Source of the DNA: Chloropicon primus
Taxonomy: Eukaryota
Assembly: GCA_023205875.1 (NCBI GenBank)
Contig: CP060764.1
Span: 558,001-622,000 of the forward strand
Direction of reading: 5' to 3'
Length of the DNA: 64,000 nt
Shown here: piece after piece, positions 10,046 to 20,587 of the stretch
Layout of the letters: each line of letters opens with the position of its first letter
How positions within the stretch are numbered: the stretch's first letter is position 1
Position numbers and translations under genes: made by a program
The notes under the pieces: generated by a model
Told to the model about the DNA's origin: nothing
The model's input: only the letters and a program-made list of their open reading frames with translations
Database searches by the model: none

Positions 10046-11827
10046 TTAAACCAACTTGCCTTCGCACTCGGCGCCAGAGCAGTCAGGGAAAGGAAGCTTC
10101 GTGGGCACGATGACGGTCTGAGTGGTCACCGTGTAAGGGAGCTCGAAGAAGAGTTCGGAGATTCCTGGGAATCTGAACTCGACAAAGAAAGCTCCCCAGC
10201 CCTTTGGAGGAGCCTTCAAGCTCACGCTGTAGGTCCACTGAGAGTCCGTCTGCTCGACGGGTTCGATCACGTCGTTCAACCAGACCAGTTGGATGGGGCA
10301 GATTCCACCGTCCAACTTTGGAAGGGCGCAGTTCTTGTCCAGGTTGAACCACCTGAAGTCGAGCCTGCCAGAATCTGGGTCCGTGTGAGAGTACTGCAGC
10401 CAAACCTTCTCTGGCTTGGGTCCCGCCTGAACATCCACGGTCACGTTCATGACTCCGGTCTCGTCCGGGGTCCCTTCGTTTACGTGAGCGAAGCTCCACG
10501 TGATCCTTGGGTGCTGTGGAACCTGGTCAGCGACGGTGAGCTCCCTGCCCTCGGCGAGGGCCTTCTCCTGGCTGAAGCCATTCCTGACGTTGACGACGAA
10601 TGATATCACACTAGGAAGAAGGACGGGGATTCCGGTCATCTCACTGTGGTCCGCGTTGGCGGCCCTGCAAAGGAAGTTGTCGCCAGGCATGTCGTTCCAC
10701 CAGAAGTGATCATCCATGACCTGGAAGAACTCGTCCCCAGTCGCCGTAATCACCAACTTGGGCATGGTCAAACGTTCTCTGTAAACGTAAGGGTCGATGA
10801 TATCCAAAAGATCTTGGAACTCTGGAGAGTCGAGCTCCCCCATGAGGTTCTCTTCGGTGTAGTCATGGATCGCGAAAGACCAGCCACCGAAGTTTTGGTA
10901 CCATCTATGGAAGAGCTGGTGCTGGTTCGCGGCGTCCATGACAATGGGCGCCATACCGATGATGCGCTTGTCCACGGCTCCGGTGGTCCAGGTCGTCCAG
11001 CCTCTCTTGCTTGCGCCCATGGCAACAAAGTTGGTCGTCTTCAGAGGCCTCTTCACGCAGGAGGTGCACTTGGACAAGAAGTCTTGGGTGGCATCCATGG
11101 CGCGGACTGCGGCCTTGGTCATAGGAAGTCTGAGAGGCCACTCCTGAGCCCGAGGGTCACCCTTCCTGGTGAGTTCGATGAACTTCTTCCAGGTGTAAGC
11201 GATGACGGCGTCCTCCTCTCTGTGCTTCTGGATTGGGTCGTCTGGGAACAGGCACTTCTGGTTGGGCACCTGGAACAGGGCGACGGTGACTCCTTTCGTT
11301 CCGGTGGCGGCAGCGGAGCCCAACAAGATGTTCTGCGTCTTGTCGTTATGAGTTCCTGGGGGGTCGATTCCCTCCGTGATGAACATGATGGCCGTCTCCA
11401 CCGTGTCGTCCAAGTTGTCTGGCACGAACACGAACATGTCGTGGTGCCAAACGTTGCAGACGGTTCCAACCTCCTTCTCCGTCAACCACGTCTGAGACGT
11501 CAGAACCACCTCGTAAGCGGTCCAGCCAGAGATTCCAGGCATAATGCCCGTCATCTTGGTCCCGTTGTACTCCCACTTGTACGATGGATCAGGGGTGGCG
11601 ACGTACTTGTCCAGGGCCGTGCCATTGGACGCAGGGTCCACGCGAAGGTTCTTGTTCAAGTCCAGGCCTTTGCCATCCCCCGAGTAATAGACGTCCTCCT
11701 TCTCCCTTCGGTAGACTGGCTTCTCGAAACCCGTGTACTTGATGCCCTCGACCGTGGAGCAGACCAAGGCCAATACAAGGGCAACACTGGCCATGCAGGC
11801 CAGCCACGTTGCCTTCCTCGTCGTCAT
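10046..11827 (-). CDS. Secreted PqaA/AprA-family protein, copy 2
   Basis: Signal peptide (WLACMASVALVLALVCSTVEG); LTSQTWL, PMTKAAVRAMD, GASKRGWTTW, ATGDEFF, NADH. Confidence 0.85.
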   Translation of the reverse strand: MTTRKATWLACMASVALVLALVCSTVEGIKYTGFEKPVYRREKEDVYYSGDGKGLDLNKNLRVDPASNGTALDKYVATPDPSYKWEYNGTKMTGIMPGISGWTAYEVVLTSQTWLTEKEVGTVCNVWHHDMFVFVPDNLDDTVETAIMFITEGIDPPGTHNDKTQNILLGSAAATGTKGVTVALFQVPNQKCLFPDDPIQKHREEDAVIAYTWKKFIELTRKGDPRAQEWPLRLPMTKAAVRAMDATQDFLSKCTSCVKRPLKTTNFVAMGASKRGWTTWTTGAVDKRIIGMAPIVMDAANQHQLFHRWYQNFGGWSFAIHDYTEENLMGELDSPEFQDLLDIIDPYVYRERLTMPKLVITATGDEFFQVMDDHFWWNDMPGDNFLCRAANADHSEMTGIPVLLPSVISFVVNVRNGFSQEKALAEGRELTVADQVPQHPRITWSFAHVNEGTPDETGVMNVTVDVQAGPKPEKVWLQYSHTDPDSGRLDFRWFNLDKNCALPKLDGGICPIQLVWLNDVIEPVEQTDSQWTYSVSLKAPPKGWGAFFVEFRFPGISELFFELPYTVTTQTVIVPTKLPFPDCSGAECEGKLV

Positions 11828-12319
11828 ATCGTCACTCAACCTTGTCCCGTTCTCCTCGAACCGAAGCCAAGGTCCCGAGTAAAGTAAAGTTGGGTTGGAA
11901 CCAAACTCGTGACAACTCGTGACAAGTTTTGGCAACGGAAAAGTCACAAGGCCTCTTCCTTGGACTTGGTTAACCAAAGAGAACAGCCGCCAACAACTTT
12001 TCCCACACGTTTACGTTCCAACTCCAAGGAAGAGGCAATGAGTTGTCCTTTCGGCAAGAGAAGAGGAAGCGGAGCTTCGGGCAACGGAAGCCAACCCTCC
12101 TCCGCTCCGTCCAAGCATCCTCATCATCACCCGTGGCTCCTCTCCACTTCACTCGAACCCTCAAGAGTAATCCTTTGCGGCGAAAGTTTCCCACAAGCTG
12201 GGCGCAGCCATCCGGTCCCGTGCTGCTGAAGGAGGGCGAGGAAGGCGAGGACGAGGACGAGGACGAGGAGGAACTGTGATCGGTCATACGATAGGATACA
12301 TTTCTTTAGTTGGTGTTGG

Positions 12320-14074
12320 TTAGACCAAGGTGCCGGAACACTGCGTGCCCTGGCAGTCAGGGAAAGGCAGGGTGTTTGGCACCGTCACCACTTGGGTGTT
12401 CACAACCAGTGGGTACTCGACGATGCCCTCGGTCACTCCTGGGAAGAAGAACTGCACGAAAAAGGCACCGAAAGGGTTGGTGCTTGGTGCCGGCATCGAG
12501 TAGTTGTAAACGATCTCCGCATCGCTCGTGGAAACTGGTGTCAATGGCTTCTCGATCCAGGGATAAGGGTGAACGCAGACGTTGACGCCGTGGTAGTTGA
12601 TCGTGGGTCCAGGGCAAGTTTTGTCGACGGAATACCACCTCCAATCAAGGCGAGCCGAGTCCGGATCGGAGTACGAGTAGACCACGTTGACTTTTGTTGG
12701 CTTGAGCGCGGCCGCGGAACCCAGCGAGAGGGTCACGGTCAAGTTGGCAACCTGATTGGCACCGTCTCCCGTGTACGACAACTGCCAATCCAGCTCCGGG
12801 TTCGATGCGACGTCGCTGTGCTGCATGATGCCGTAGGCCCAGGCGATCATGCTCGGCAGGGTCATTGGGCACCAGCTTGCATCCCTGTGATCCGCGTTTA
12901 CCGCGATCAGACTGTGCTTCACTCCAGGCATATCATCCCACCACACGTGGTTGTCGTAGGGCATGAAGAACTCGTCGTTCGTTCCGGAGACAACGAGCTT
13001 TGGGGTGTCCTTGAGTCTGTCCTTGTACACGATAGGATCGACGATCGCCATCAACGCGTCCATTTCCGGCGTGTCGATCTCGTCCATGATCTGCTCGGCG
13101 TAGTAATCCGAGATCGCGAACGACCACCCGCCGAGCGCTTGGTACCAGAGGTGGAAAGTCTTCTTGAAGTTCAGAGCATCCATCGCAATCGGAGCGATTC
13201 CTTTGACTCTCGTGTCCACGGCACCGGTCAACCAAGTCGTCCAGCCCCTCTTGCTTGCGCCGAAAACGGTGAACCCTTGGGGGTACTTCCCCTTGGTGCC
13301 GCACTCATCGCACTGGTAGATGAACTCTTGGGTCGCGTCCATGGCTCGCACAGCGGCTTTGACCATGGGGAGCCTGGCTGGCCACAACTCCGCCTGCGGG
13401 TCCCCGGCCTTCTTCAGGTCCAAGAAGCGGCGCCAAGTGAAGGCGATGAAAGCGTCCTCCCCCCTGCTTTGCTTCTTCGGGTCGGCAGGGAAGGTGCAGG
13501 GCTGGTTCGGTATCTGAAGAAGGGAGACGCCGATGGACTTGGTTCCCACGGCCAAGTTCGCTGCCATGGCAATGTCCTCGTCGGTAGGGGAAACCTTTCC
13601 GGGAGGCCCGTTGTCCCCAGAAATGTAGAACTGAGCCGTCGCAAAGTTCGTGAGCTTGTCGGTCGGGTTCACGTCGTCTGGAATGATCACAACCAAATCG
13701 TGCTCCCACAGAGAGCAACTCGAATCCGCATCCGTCAGCCACCTCTGCGACGTCAGCTTCAGCATGTACCCCGTCCAGTGCTTGACAGAGGACACCACCC
13801 CCTTGATGCGAACGCCAGTGTCCACCCACTTGTACTCCGGGTCGGGCATCTTCAGGTACCTGTCCAAAGCCGTTGTTCCATCTTCTCCCAAAGGACTTTC
13901 TCTCAGGTAAGACCTCGCGCTTCCAAAGGCCTCCCCACTCGTGTCTTCGTCCTGGGGGAGCACAAGCGGCGAAGCCTTCCGCCCTTGGACCGCGCCGTGC
14001 AGTGACAACACAACTGCGGCAAAGAGGGCCGTCACAACGATGCTCTTCCTCAACGGCGCCATCATCATCACCAT
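12320..14074 (-). CDS. Secreted PqaA/AprA-family protein, copy 3
   Basis: Signal peptide (SIVVTALFAAVVLSLHGAVQG); LTSQRWL, PMVKAAVRAMD, GASKRGWTTW, NDEFF, NADH. Confidence 0.85.
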   Translation of the reverse strand: MVMMMAPLRKSIVVTALFAAVVLSLHGAVQGRKASPLVLPQDEDTSGEAFGSARSYLRESPLGEDGTTALDRYLKMPDPEYKWVDTGVRIKGVVSSVKHWTGYMLKLTSQRWLTDADSSCSLWEHDLVVIIPDDVNPTDKLTNFATAQFYISGDNGPPGKVSPTDEDIAMAANLAVGTKSIGVSLLQIPNQPCTFPADPKKQSRGEDAFIAFTWRRFLDLKKAGDPQAELWPARLPMVKAAVRAMDATQEFIYQCDECGTKGKYPQGFTVFGASKRGWTTWLTGAVDTRVKGIAPIAMDALNFKKTFHLWYQALGGWSFAISDYYAEQIMDEIDTPEMDALMAIVDPIVYKDRLKDTPKLVVSGTNDEFFMPYDNHVWWDDMPGVKHSLIAVNADHRDASWCPMTLPSMIAWAYGIMQHSDVASNPELDWQLSYTGDGANQVANLTVTLSLGSAAALKPTKVNVVYSYSDPDSARLDWRWYSVDKTCPGPTINYHGVNVCVHPYPWIEKPLTPVSTSDAEIVYNYSMPAPSTNPFGAFFVQFFFPGVTEGIVEYPLVVNTQVVTVPNTLPFPDCQGTQCSGTLV

Positions 14075-14386
14075 CAAGTCTCTCCCCAGTTCACCTCACC
14101 AGGAGTCTCCAAAAAGCCGCCAGCTTGTCCTTGGGACGAACTCTCCTCTCTCTCTTCACTTTTCACTTTTTCAGAGGAAGAGGACGCGAGGTGAGTTGTG
14201 GATGGCGGTGCGGAGCTCGGGAAGGGAGTTGAGAGGCCTACTGCGCGACACAGATGGAAGCATCGTGTCCTTGTCTTTCGAAAGAGCCCTCGCTCGAAGC
14301 GAACGACGCTCTGTTGAGGATTTGAGGGCTGAGAATCAGGTCTGGTTTCGCTTGTGTCTGTGTTTTGTGTCCAAGAGTGAAGAGTG

Positions 14387-15904
14387 ATGAGAGTGAAGGT
14401 GCGCGGGAGTGAGGGTGGTTGGATGAAGGCGGCGGTGGTGGCGGCTTTGATGGTGGGATGCCTCGCGTCCGTGGTGGAGGGTGGCGTCGTGGAGGAAGCG
14501 ATAGCTTTCGCGGAGGGACGGAAGGAAAAGTATGTGAAGGAGTTGATTGATTTGGTGAACATCCCTTCCATCTCGACCCTGCCAGAGCACGAGGGGGACA
14601 TGAGGCGCGCAGCGGATTGGGTGAGCAAGCGGTGCGGTGAGGCTGGTCTTGAGAACATGGAGGTCATGGAAACAGGGGCTCAGCCTATCGTGTACTGCGA
14701 TCACATGCACGCCCCGGGCGCTCCGACTGTGCTTGTTTACGCGCACTACGACGTTCAACCCGCGGACCCTTTTGAGTTGTGGGACCACGAGCCCTTCGAG
14801 GCCAGGCACAGGAACGGCAGGATCGAGGGGAGAGGCGCGAGTGACGACAAGAGCGGCGTCCTTCTCAGCATCCAGGCCGCGGAGGCGGTGCTGAAGACGA
14901 CGGGGGGCAAGCTCCCCATCAACGTCAAGTACCTGTTGGAGGGCCAGGAGGAGATCGGCTCGCCCAACCTGGAAGCTTTCTTGAGCGACAAGAAGAACGC
15001 GGACAAGTTCTCCGCGGACTTGTGCTTCTCCGCCGACGGCGGGCAGCTCTCCGAGAAGCAGCCGAGGGTCATCACGTCTCTCAGAGGCCTGGCTGCGGTG
15101 GAGGTGAACTTGAAGACGGCCAACTCGGATTTGCACAGCGGCACCTTTGGTGGCGCGGCCCCAAATGCCTTGCACGTGCTGACGGAGATGGTGGCCAGCT
15201 TGCACAACCCCGACGGCAGCGTGAACATTCCTGGCTTCTACGATGACGTGCAAATCATGAGCGAGGAGGAGAAGGCGAACACGGAGTTCCCCGACGCCTT
15301 CCTCGAGGCGGGAATGAGAGCCGACGGAATCAGGGGCTTCCCGGGAGAGGAGGGCTTCGGCCCCTTCGAGAGGACTGCCGTGAGGCCGACTCTGGAGATC
15401 ACCGGAATGTGGGGAGGCTTCCAGGGGGACGGCGTGAAGACGATTGTACCCAAGGAAGCGAACGTGAAGATCGCTTGCAGGCTCGTCGCGAACCAGCACG
15501 CCGAGAAGATTCAAAAGCTGGTGAGGCAGCACCTGAAGAACATATGCCCAGACTACGCGGACCTCACCTTCATCGGCGGAAGCTTTGACAAGGCTCAGCC
15601 TTACGCCGTGGCCTTTGATGCCCCGAGCTCCATCATCACGAAGGCGGTTCTTGAGAAGACGTTCGGCGAGACTGCGTACTTCACCAAGATGGGGGGAACC
15701 ATCCCGGGAATGAATCTCTTCCGCCAGAAGCTGAATGCCGAGTCCGCCCTGCTTGGATTCTCCGAGCCTGACAACCAGCTCCACGCCCCCAACGAGTTCA
15801 TGAGGGAGAGCATCTACCACAAGGGAAGGGAGGTCTACATCAGGCTGTTCCAGGAGGTCGCGGACCATTTTCAGAGGGACGCGACAGCGAAGAGCGAGCT
15901 TTGA
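14387..15904 (+). CDS. M20 family metallo-dipeptidase (CNDP/Dug1-like)
   Basis: YAHYDVQPAD, GRGASDDK, EGQEEIGS, DLHSGTFGG and HAPNE motifs; hydrophobic N-terminus (alternative start ATG 14423). Confidence 0.88.
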   Translation: MRVKVRGSEGGWMKAAVVAALMVGCLASVVEGGVVEEAIAFAEGRKEKYVKELIDLVNIPSISTLPEHEGDMRRAADWVSKRCGEAGLENMEVMETGAQPIVYCDHMHAPGAPTVLVYAHYDVQPADPFELWDHEPFEARHRNGRIEGRGASDDKSGVLLSIQAAEAVLKTTGGKLPINVKYLLEGQEEIGSPNLEAFLSDKKNADKFSADLCFSADGGQLSEKQPRVITSLRGLAAVEVNLKTANSDLHSGTFGGAAPNALHVLTEMVASLHNPDGSVNIPGFYDDVQIMSEEEKANTEFPDAFLEAGMRADGIRGFPGEEGFGPFERTAVRPTLEITGMWGGFQGDGVKTIVPKEANVKIACRLVANQHAEKIQKLVRQHLKNICPDYADLTFIGGSFDKAQPYAVAFDAPSSIITKAVLEKTFGETAYFTKMGGTIPGMNLFRQKLNAESALLGFSEPDNQLHAPNEFMRESIYHKGREVYIRLFQEVADHFQRDATAKSEL

Positions 15905-15954
15905 GCGGAGGAGCGTTCATTCTTGGCCTTTTCCTTATTCCAAAATCATTATTA

Positions 15955-17004
15955 TCAGTAAAAAGCTTTGGCATACTTTTCACTTATTGCCCAAAGCTTC
16001 TTCCCCAAATCCCTTCTCTTCGACTCGGGAGCGCTCCCTTGCTCGTTGCAGTCGGCGTAAAACCCGCCGCCCTTGATGGACGGAGCCGTCGCGCAGTAGA
16101 CGGTCGTGGCAGCGCCCTGGTCGATCGACTTCAAGAACGGAGTCACGGCCACTTTTCCAACAGACTGCATCAAGACAGGGACCTTCAGGTGACGCTGCAG
16201 CTTCGTGACGATGACCCCCGGGTGGACGGCCACCGCGATCACATCGTCCCCCTTTGCCCCCTCCTTGAGCCTGCAGTTGAGCTCCCTCGCGTGCAGCACG
16301 TTGCTCAGCTTCGCCTGGCCGTAAGCGCTCCAAGGCTTGTAGACGCTGGGATCACTCAGTTCTTCCTCGTCGAGAATGCCCTTGGGCTTGTAGCTCATGT
16401 AATGAGCCGAGCTGGACACGTTGACGATCCTGCCTTGGGGAGCTCCCTTCTTCCTCGAGGTCTCCTTCATCTTGTCCAGCAGCAAGTGCGTCAGCAGGAA
16501 GTGACCCAAGTGATTCGTGGCCCACTGAAGCTCGTGGCCATCCTTGGACCTCCTGAACTCAGGAAGGGCCATGATTCCCGCGTTGTTGACGAGGATGTTC
16601 AAGTCCTTTCCCGTCTTCTTGAAGTCCCTAGCGAACCCCTTCACGGACTCCAGTGAGCTCAGGTCGAGCTCCATCTGGTGCACCAACTTCCCCTCCCCCC
16701 CAATCTCTCTCGAAACCCAGTCCTTCCCCCTCTCAGCGTTGGTCCTCCCCGCCAGGACAACTTCACACCCCCTGCCAGCGAGCTCCCTCGCAGCAGCCAG
16801 GCCAATCCCGGAGTAGGGCCCCGTGACGATAGCGACCTTCCCCTTCCCTTCCCACTTGCCACCCGCCACAACGTCCCGTGCGGTGGAGCTCGCCCCAAAC
16901 CCGCTCGGCCCCTTCATCCCAGTGAAGTACCTGAGCATCGCCAAGGGATTCAGCTGCTTCCACGACCCCCCCGCCTTCACTTCGTAACGCTCCGACTCCG
17001 CCAT
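15955..17004 (-). CDS. Short-chain dehydrogenase, TIC32/retinol-dehydrogenase-like
   Basis: GPSGFGASSTA, VTGPYSGIG, NNAGIMA, NHLGHFLLT, catalytic YGQAK, HPGVIVT. Confidence 0.88.
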   Translation of the reverse strand: MAESERYEVKAGGSWKQLNPLAMLRYFTGMKGPSGFGASSTARDVVAGGKWEGKGKVAIVTGPYSGIGLAAARELAGRGCEVVLAGRTNAERGKDWVSREIGGEGKLVHQMELDLSSLESVKGFARDFKKTGKDLNILVNNAGIMALPEFRRSKDGHELQWATNHLGHFLLTHLLLDKMKETSRKKGAPQGRIVNVSSSAHYMSYKPKGILDEEELSDPSVYKPWSAYGQAKLSNVLHARELNCRLKEGAKGDDVIAVAVHPGVIVTKLQRHLKVPVLMQSVGKVAVTPFLKSIDQGAATTVYCATAPSIKGGGFYADCNEQGSAPESKRRDLGKKLWAISEKYAKAFY

Positions 17005-17428
17005 CGTTACCCCTGAAAGCCAAACGAAACCAATGTCAGTCCCTCGAGGAGGTGATGAAGTTGATGCAGGTGATTCCGCCTTGCCCTTGGCGATGGTTTG
17101 GTCCGGTCGTGCTGCTTGGTCGTCCGGCGCGTCGTATGTACCAGAAGGTTGACACGCAACGCACGCACGCACTGCCTCGTTCTCGTCTCCTCGTCCTCAC
17201 CTTTGGCACGAAGCGAAGCGTGATCGAGAAGATAGAAGAACATTCTCAAAGAGCGGAGACGGCGAGGGACGGCTGAAGGCGAAGAGGAGGAAGGGCGGCG
17301 GAGCGAGGAGCGAGGAGCGAAGACGGCGGCGAGGGTGTTGGTGCACCTTACTCGATCGATCGAGTTGTGACGGAACAGTGTCGTGAACGGTTTTTGGGTT
17401 TTTTTTGGGGGGGGTTGTAGTTGTAGGG

Positions 17429-18886
17429 ATGGAGAGGGGTGTGGGGTGTAGAGGGATGAGGACGAGGAGGAGGACGGGAGGTGTGCGGTGTGGGGGAGGG
17501 GTACCGCAGAGGAGGAGGGGTCTGGTGCAGAGGAGGGCGCAGTTGAAGGATGAGGTGCACGTGCTGAAGCGCGACGATCTCGTGGAGTACATAAGCCAGG
17601 GCTGCCGGCCCAAGGAGGAGTGGCGCATCGGGACGGAGCACGAGAAGTTCGCTTTCAGGCTTTCGGACAGGAAGCGGGCGGACTACAGCGATATCAGGCA
17701 GATGCTGAACAAGCTCTGCAAGGAATTCTCGTGGGACCCCATCATGGAGGGGGAGAACATCATCGGGGCGACGCTGGAAGGCCAGTCGGTGACGCTGGAG
17801 CCGGGAGGGCAGCTTGAGCTGAGCGGGGCGCCGCTGAGGACCCTGCAGGAGACCTGCGCGGAGACCCAGTCCCACCTTCACCAGATGAAAAGCATCGCCG
17901 CGGAGCAAGGGATAGCCTTCCTCGGCCTCGGGTTCGACCCCTCCTCGACTTTTCCCGAGTGCCCCATGATGCCGAAGAACCGCTACAACATCATGAAGGC
18001 TTACATGCCCACCAGGGGTAACCTGGGGCACGACATGATGTTCCGCTCGTGCACTATTCAGGTGAACCTGGACTTTGAGAGCGAGGAGGACATGGTGAGG
18101 AAGGCCAGGGCCTCGCTTGCGCTGCAGCCGGTCGCGACCGCGCTCTTCGCGAACTCCCCGCTGAAGGAGGGGAAGCTCACCGGGTACCAGAGCTACAGGA
18201 GAAGGGTTTGGGACGACGTGGATCCGGACAGGTGTGGCTACTTGCCCTGGATCTTCGAGGAAGGCTTCGGCTTCGAGAGATATGTAGACTACGCCTTGAG
18301 CGTTCCCATGTATTTCGTGTACAGAAACGGCCGCTACATTGACGTGTCCGGCCAGTCTTTTGGGGACTTCATGAAGGGCAACCTGAGCGCCCTCCCTGGC
18401 GAGGTGGCCACCATGAAGGACTGGGAGGATCACCTGACGACAATCTTCCCGGAGATCAGGCTGAAGAGGTTCCTGGAGATGAGGGGGGCGGATGGCGGCC
18501 CGTGGGACATGATCTGCGCCCTCCCGGCCTTCTGGGTCGGCCTGCTGTACGACGAGCAGGCCCTCGGCGAGGCGGAGGAGCTGGTGTCGTCCTGGACCGC
18601 GAAGGACAGGCTGCTCATGCAGCAGAACGTCGCCAAGGAGGGCCTGAAGCTCAAGTGCGTGGGAGGGGGCGGTGCGCCGACAACCATGCAGGAGCTCGCC
18701 AAGGAGGTCTTGAGAATCAGCGCGGGTGGATTGGAACGCAGAGGGTACAACGAGGTCGATTTCCTGGACAAGCTGAACTGCATTGCGGGCAGGGGACAGT
18801 CGCAGGCCGAGGACTTGATGTCCAAGTACACCAACCTGTGGAATGGCAACATCGACCCCATCTTTGTGACTCAGTACGGCCTGTGA
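17429..18886 (+). CDS. GSH1: Glutamate-cysteine ligase, plant/plastid type
   Basis: WRIGTEHEKF, LEPGGQLELSGAPL, MPKNRYNIM, TIQVNLDF, HLTTIFPEIRLKRFLEMRGADGGPW; Arg-rich transit peptide. Confidence 0.95.
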   Translation: MERGVGCRGMRTRRRTGGVRCGGGVPQRRRGLVQRRAQLKDEVHVLKRDDLVEYISQGCRPKEEWRIGTEHEKFAFRLSDRKRADYSDIRQMLNKLCKEFSWDPIMEGENIIGATLEGQSVTLEPGGQLELSGAPLRTLQETCAETQSHLHQMKSIAAEQGIAFLGLGFDPSSTFPECPMMPKNRYNIMKAYMPTRGNLGHDMMFRSCTIQVNLDFESEEDMVRKARASLALQPVATALFANSPLKEGKLTGYQSYRRRVWDDVDPDRCGYLPWIFEEGFGFERYVDYALSVPMYFVYRNGRYIDVSGQSFGDFMKGNLSALPGEVATMKDWEDHLTTIFPEIRLKRFLEMRGADGGPWDMICALPAFWVGLLYDEQALGEAEELVSSWTAKDRLLMQQNVAKEGLKLKCVGGGGAPTTMQELAKEVLRISAGGLERRGYNEVDFLDKLNCIAGRGQSQAEDLMSKYTNLWNGNIDPIFVTQYGL

Positions 18887-19055
18887 GCTCGCAGACTTGT
18901 CTTTTGTGTTTTTGTGTTTCATAAAGATCACTTTTCGGATTACAAAGATTCTTTGTAACATACCGGTTTAGAAAAATATACAGCTCCGCTTGCTTGTGCG
19001 CACGCCGGGGCGCGGCGAAGAAAAAAATGCTTGTTTTTGGTACACATGGGGGTGG

Positions 19056-20099
19056 TCAGAGTCTCTTCCTCTTGGCTCTCACCGCGGGCAGCTCCCACCA
19101 AGCCACCGTGGGAAAGGCGTGGTGCTCCTCGTGGCACGCGCCAAAGTGGAAGCACGAGAGGAGCGAGAGGACCCACGGCCAGTCGTTGGACCTAGACGAA
19201 TGCTCCGAATCCGGATGGTCCTTGTGCGGCAGGTACGTCCCGAAATAGAAGAGCTGGAACCCCGAGACCAAGGACGGGAGAGCCCAGATCATCGCCACCC
19301 GGACGACCATGGAGCCGAACTCGATGTGCAGGAGCCTGTGGCCCACCGCGCAGAAGGACCAGAACTGGAAGCTCTCCCAAAACAGCTGCCAGAAGGTCGA
19401 GTAGTGCCCCATGAACCGAGAGAGCCAAGTCCTCAGCCCCCCCTCGTAGTAGTCGGGGTCGTGCTCGGAGGTGGGATCGGCGTGGTGCCGCCAGTGGTCC
19501 CTGTACAGCAACTTGTAGGAGAAGGACGCGTAGCAGAACGCCAGGACGGAGCCAATCAAGTGGTTCAGCTTGCTGAAGCTCGGGGTGACTTGACCGTGGA
19601 TCGCGTCGTGCACGGTGACGAAGAGCCCCGTCGTGACCCAAGCCCGGAACACGAAGACGGCTGCCGCCGACGCGAGCTTCGCCAGGCCGCCTTGACCCAG
19701 GCCGACGAACACGTTCGGCATCACGCTCTCGGGCTGCGCGAACATCAGGGCCAGGGTGGCGAGCCAGACCCCGAAGATGAGCGACGCGAGGGAGAGCCCC
19801 ACGATGTCGCGCGAGTACGGCGCAAGCTCCGAGGCAAGCCGCCTCGCCGCGAACCAGCGGGGCCAGGCCCAGCGCTGGTTGTCCACGAGGAGGGGCATGA
19901 ACTCCGGGGCGTGAACGTCCCGGAGAACCGCGTGCGCCATGGCGTTGATCGCGAACGTGTCGAGAGCCCTCGGGGCCACCGCTCGTCGCTTGGATCGGGC
20001 AGCGCGAACCACGGACCCCCGAGCAGAGCCAATCGTGGCCGCTCGACCAGAGCCAGCAACCGTCGCCCTCCTCGCCTTGGTGAGCACCCCGCGAACCAT
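19056..20099 (-). CDS. crtW: Beta-carotene ketolase (CrtW/BKT-type, membrane di-iron desaturase fold)
   Basis: Three His boxes (TGLFVTVHDAIHG, HWRHH, HEEHH) plus the CrtW signatures QLFYFGTYLPH and P-x-V-x-WWELP; transit-peptide-like N-terminus. Confidence 0.82.
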   Translation of the reverse strand: MVRGVLTKARRATVAGSGRAATIGSARGSVVRAARSKRRAVAPRALDTFAINAMAHAVLRDVHAPEFMPLLVDNQRWAWPRWFAARRLASELAPYSRDIVGLSLASLIFGVWLATLALMFAQPESVMPNVFVGLGQGGLAKLASAAAVFVFRAWVTTGLFVTVHDAIHGQVTPSFSKLNHLIGSVLAFCYASFSYKLLYRDHWRHHADPTSEHDPDYYEGGLRTWLSRFMGHYSTFWQLFWESFQFWSFCAVGHRLLHIEFGSMVVRVAMIWALPSLVSGFQLFYFGTYLPHKDHPDSEHSSRSNDWPWVLSLLSCFHFGACHEEHHAFPTVAWWELPAVRAKRKRL

Positions 20100-20587
20100 C
20101 TTGGGAGACAGGGAGCACAATGCTCTCGGGCCTGCTCCGCTCGCCCCTTGCCGTTTTCGGCCGTTACGACAGAGGCCTCCTGAGCCTCACATTTCATCTC
20201 CAGTTGTAAGCTTATTGTAAGTGTCGCTTTTTGCTCGGCAAAGGCGAGGTGTGGTCAACGGAAGAGGGGAGGATGGCCAAGGGAGCCTCTCTTCCTCCGC
20301 GGTGGCGTGGCATCCGCAATGCAATCGAGAGCCGCGTCACCACCACCATCATCCGCCATGCCATCGATCATCGCCACCGGCCACCTGCCCCTGTCAAACT
20401 CAATGCATTCATCGAGAGAGCGCATCGTTCGTAAGATGTCTCGAGACCTCGTTCCGGGCACAATCACAATCACAACCAACCTCACTTCCCTTGGCCTCCA
20501 ACCTTTCTCTCTCTCTCACTCACTCTGGCAGAGGATGCTTTTTCGCTGCTGCTGGTGAGGGCCGAGCCCTTCACCGTCATCATCGTC

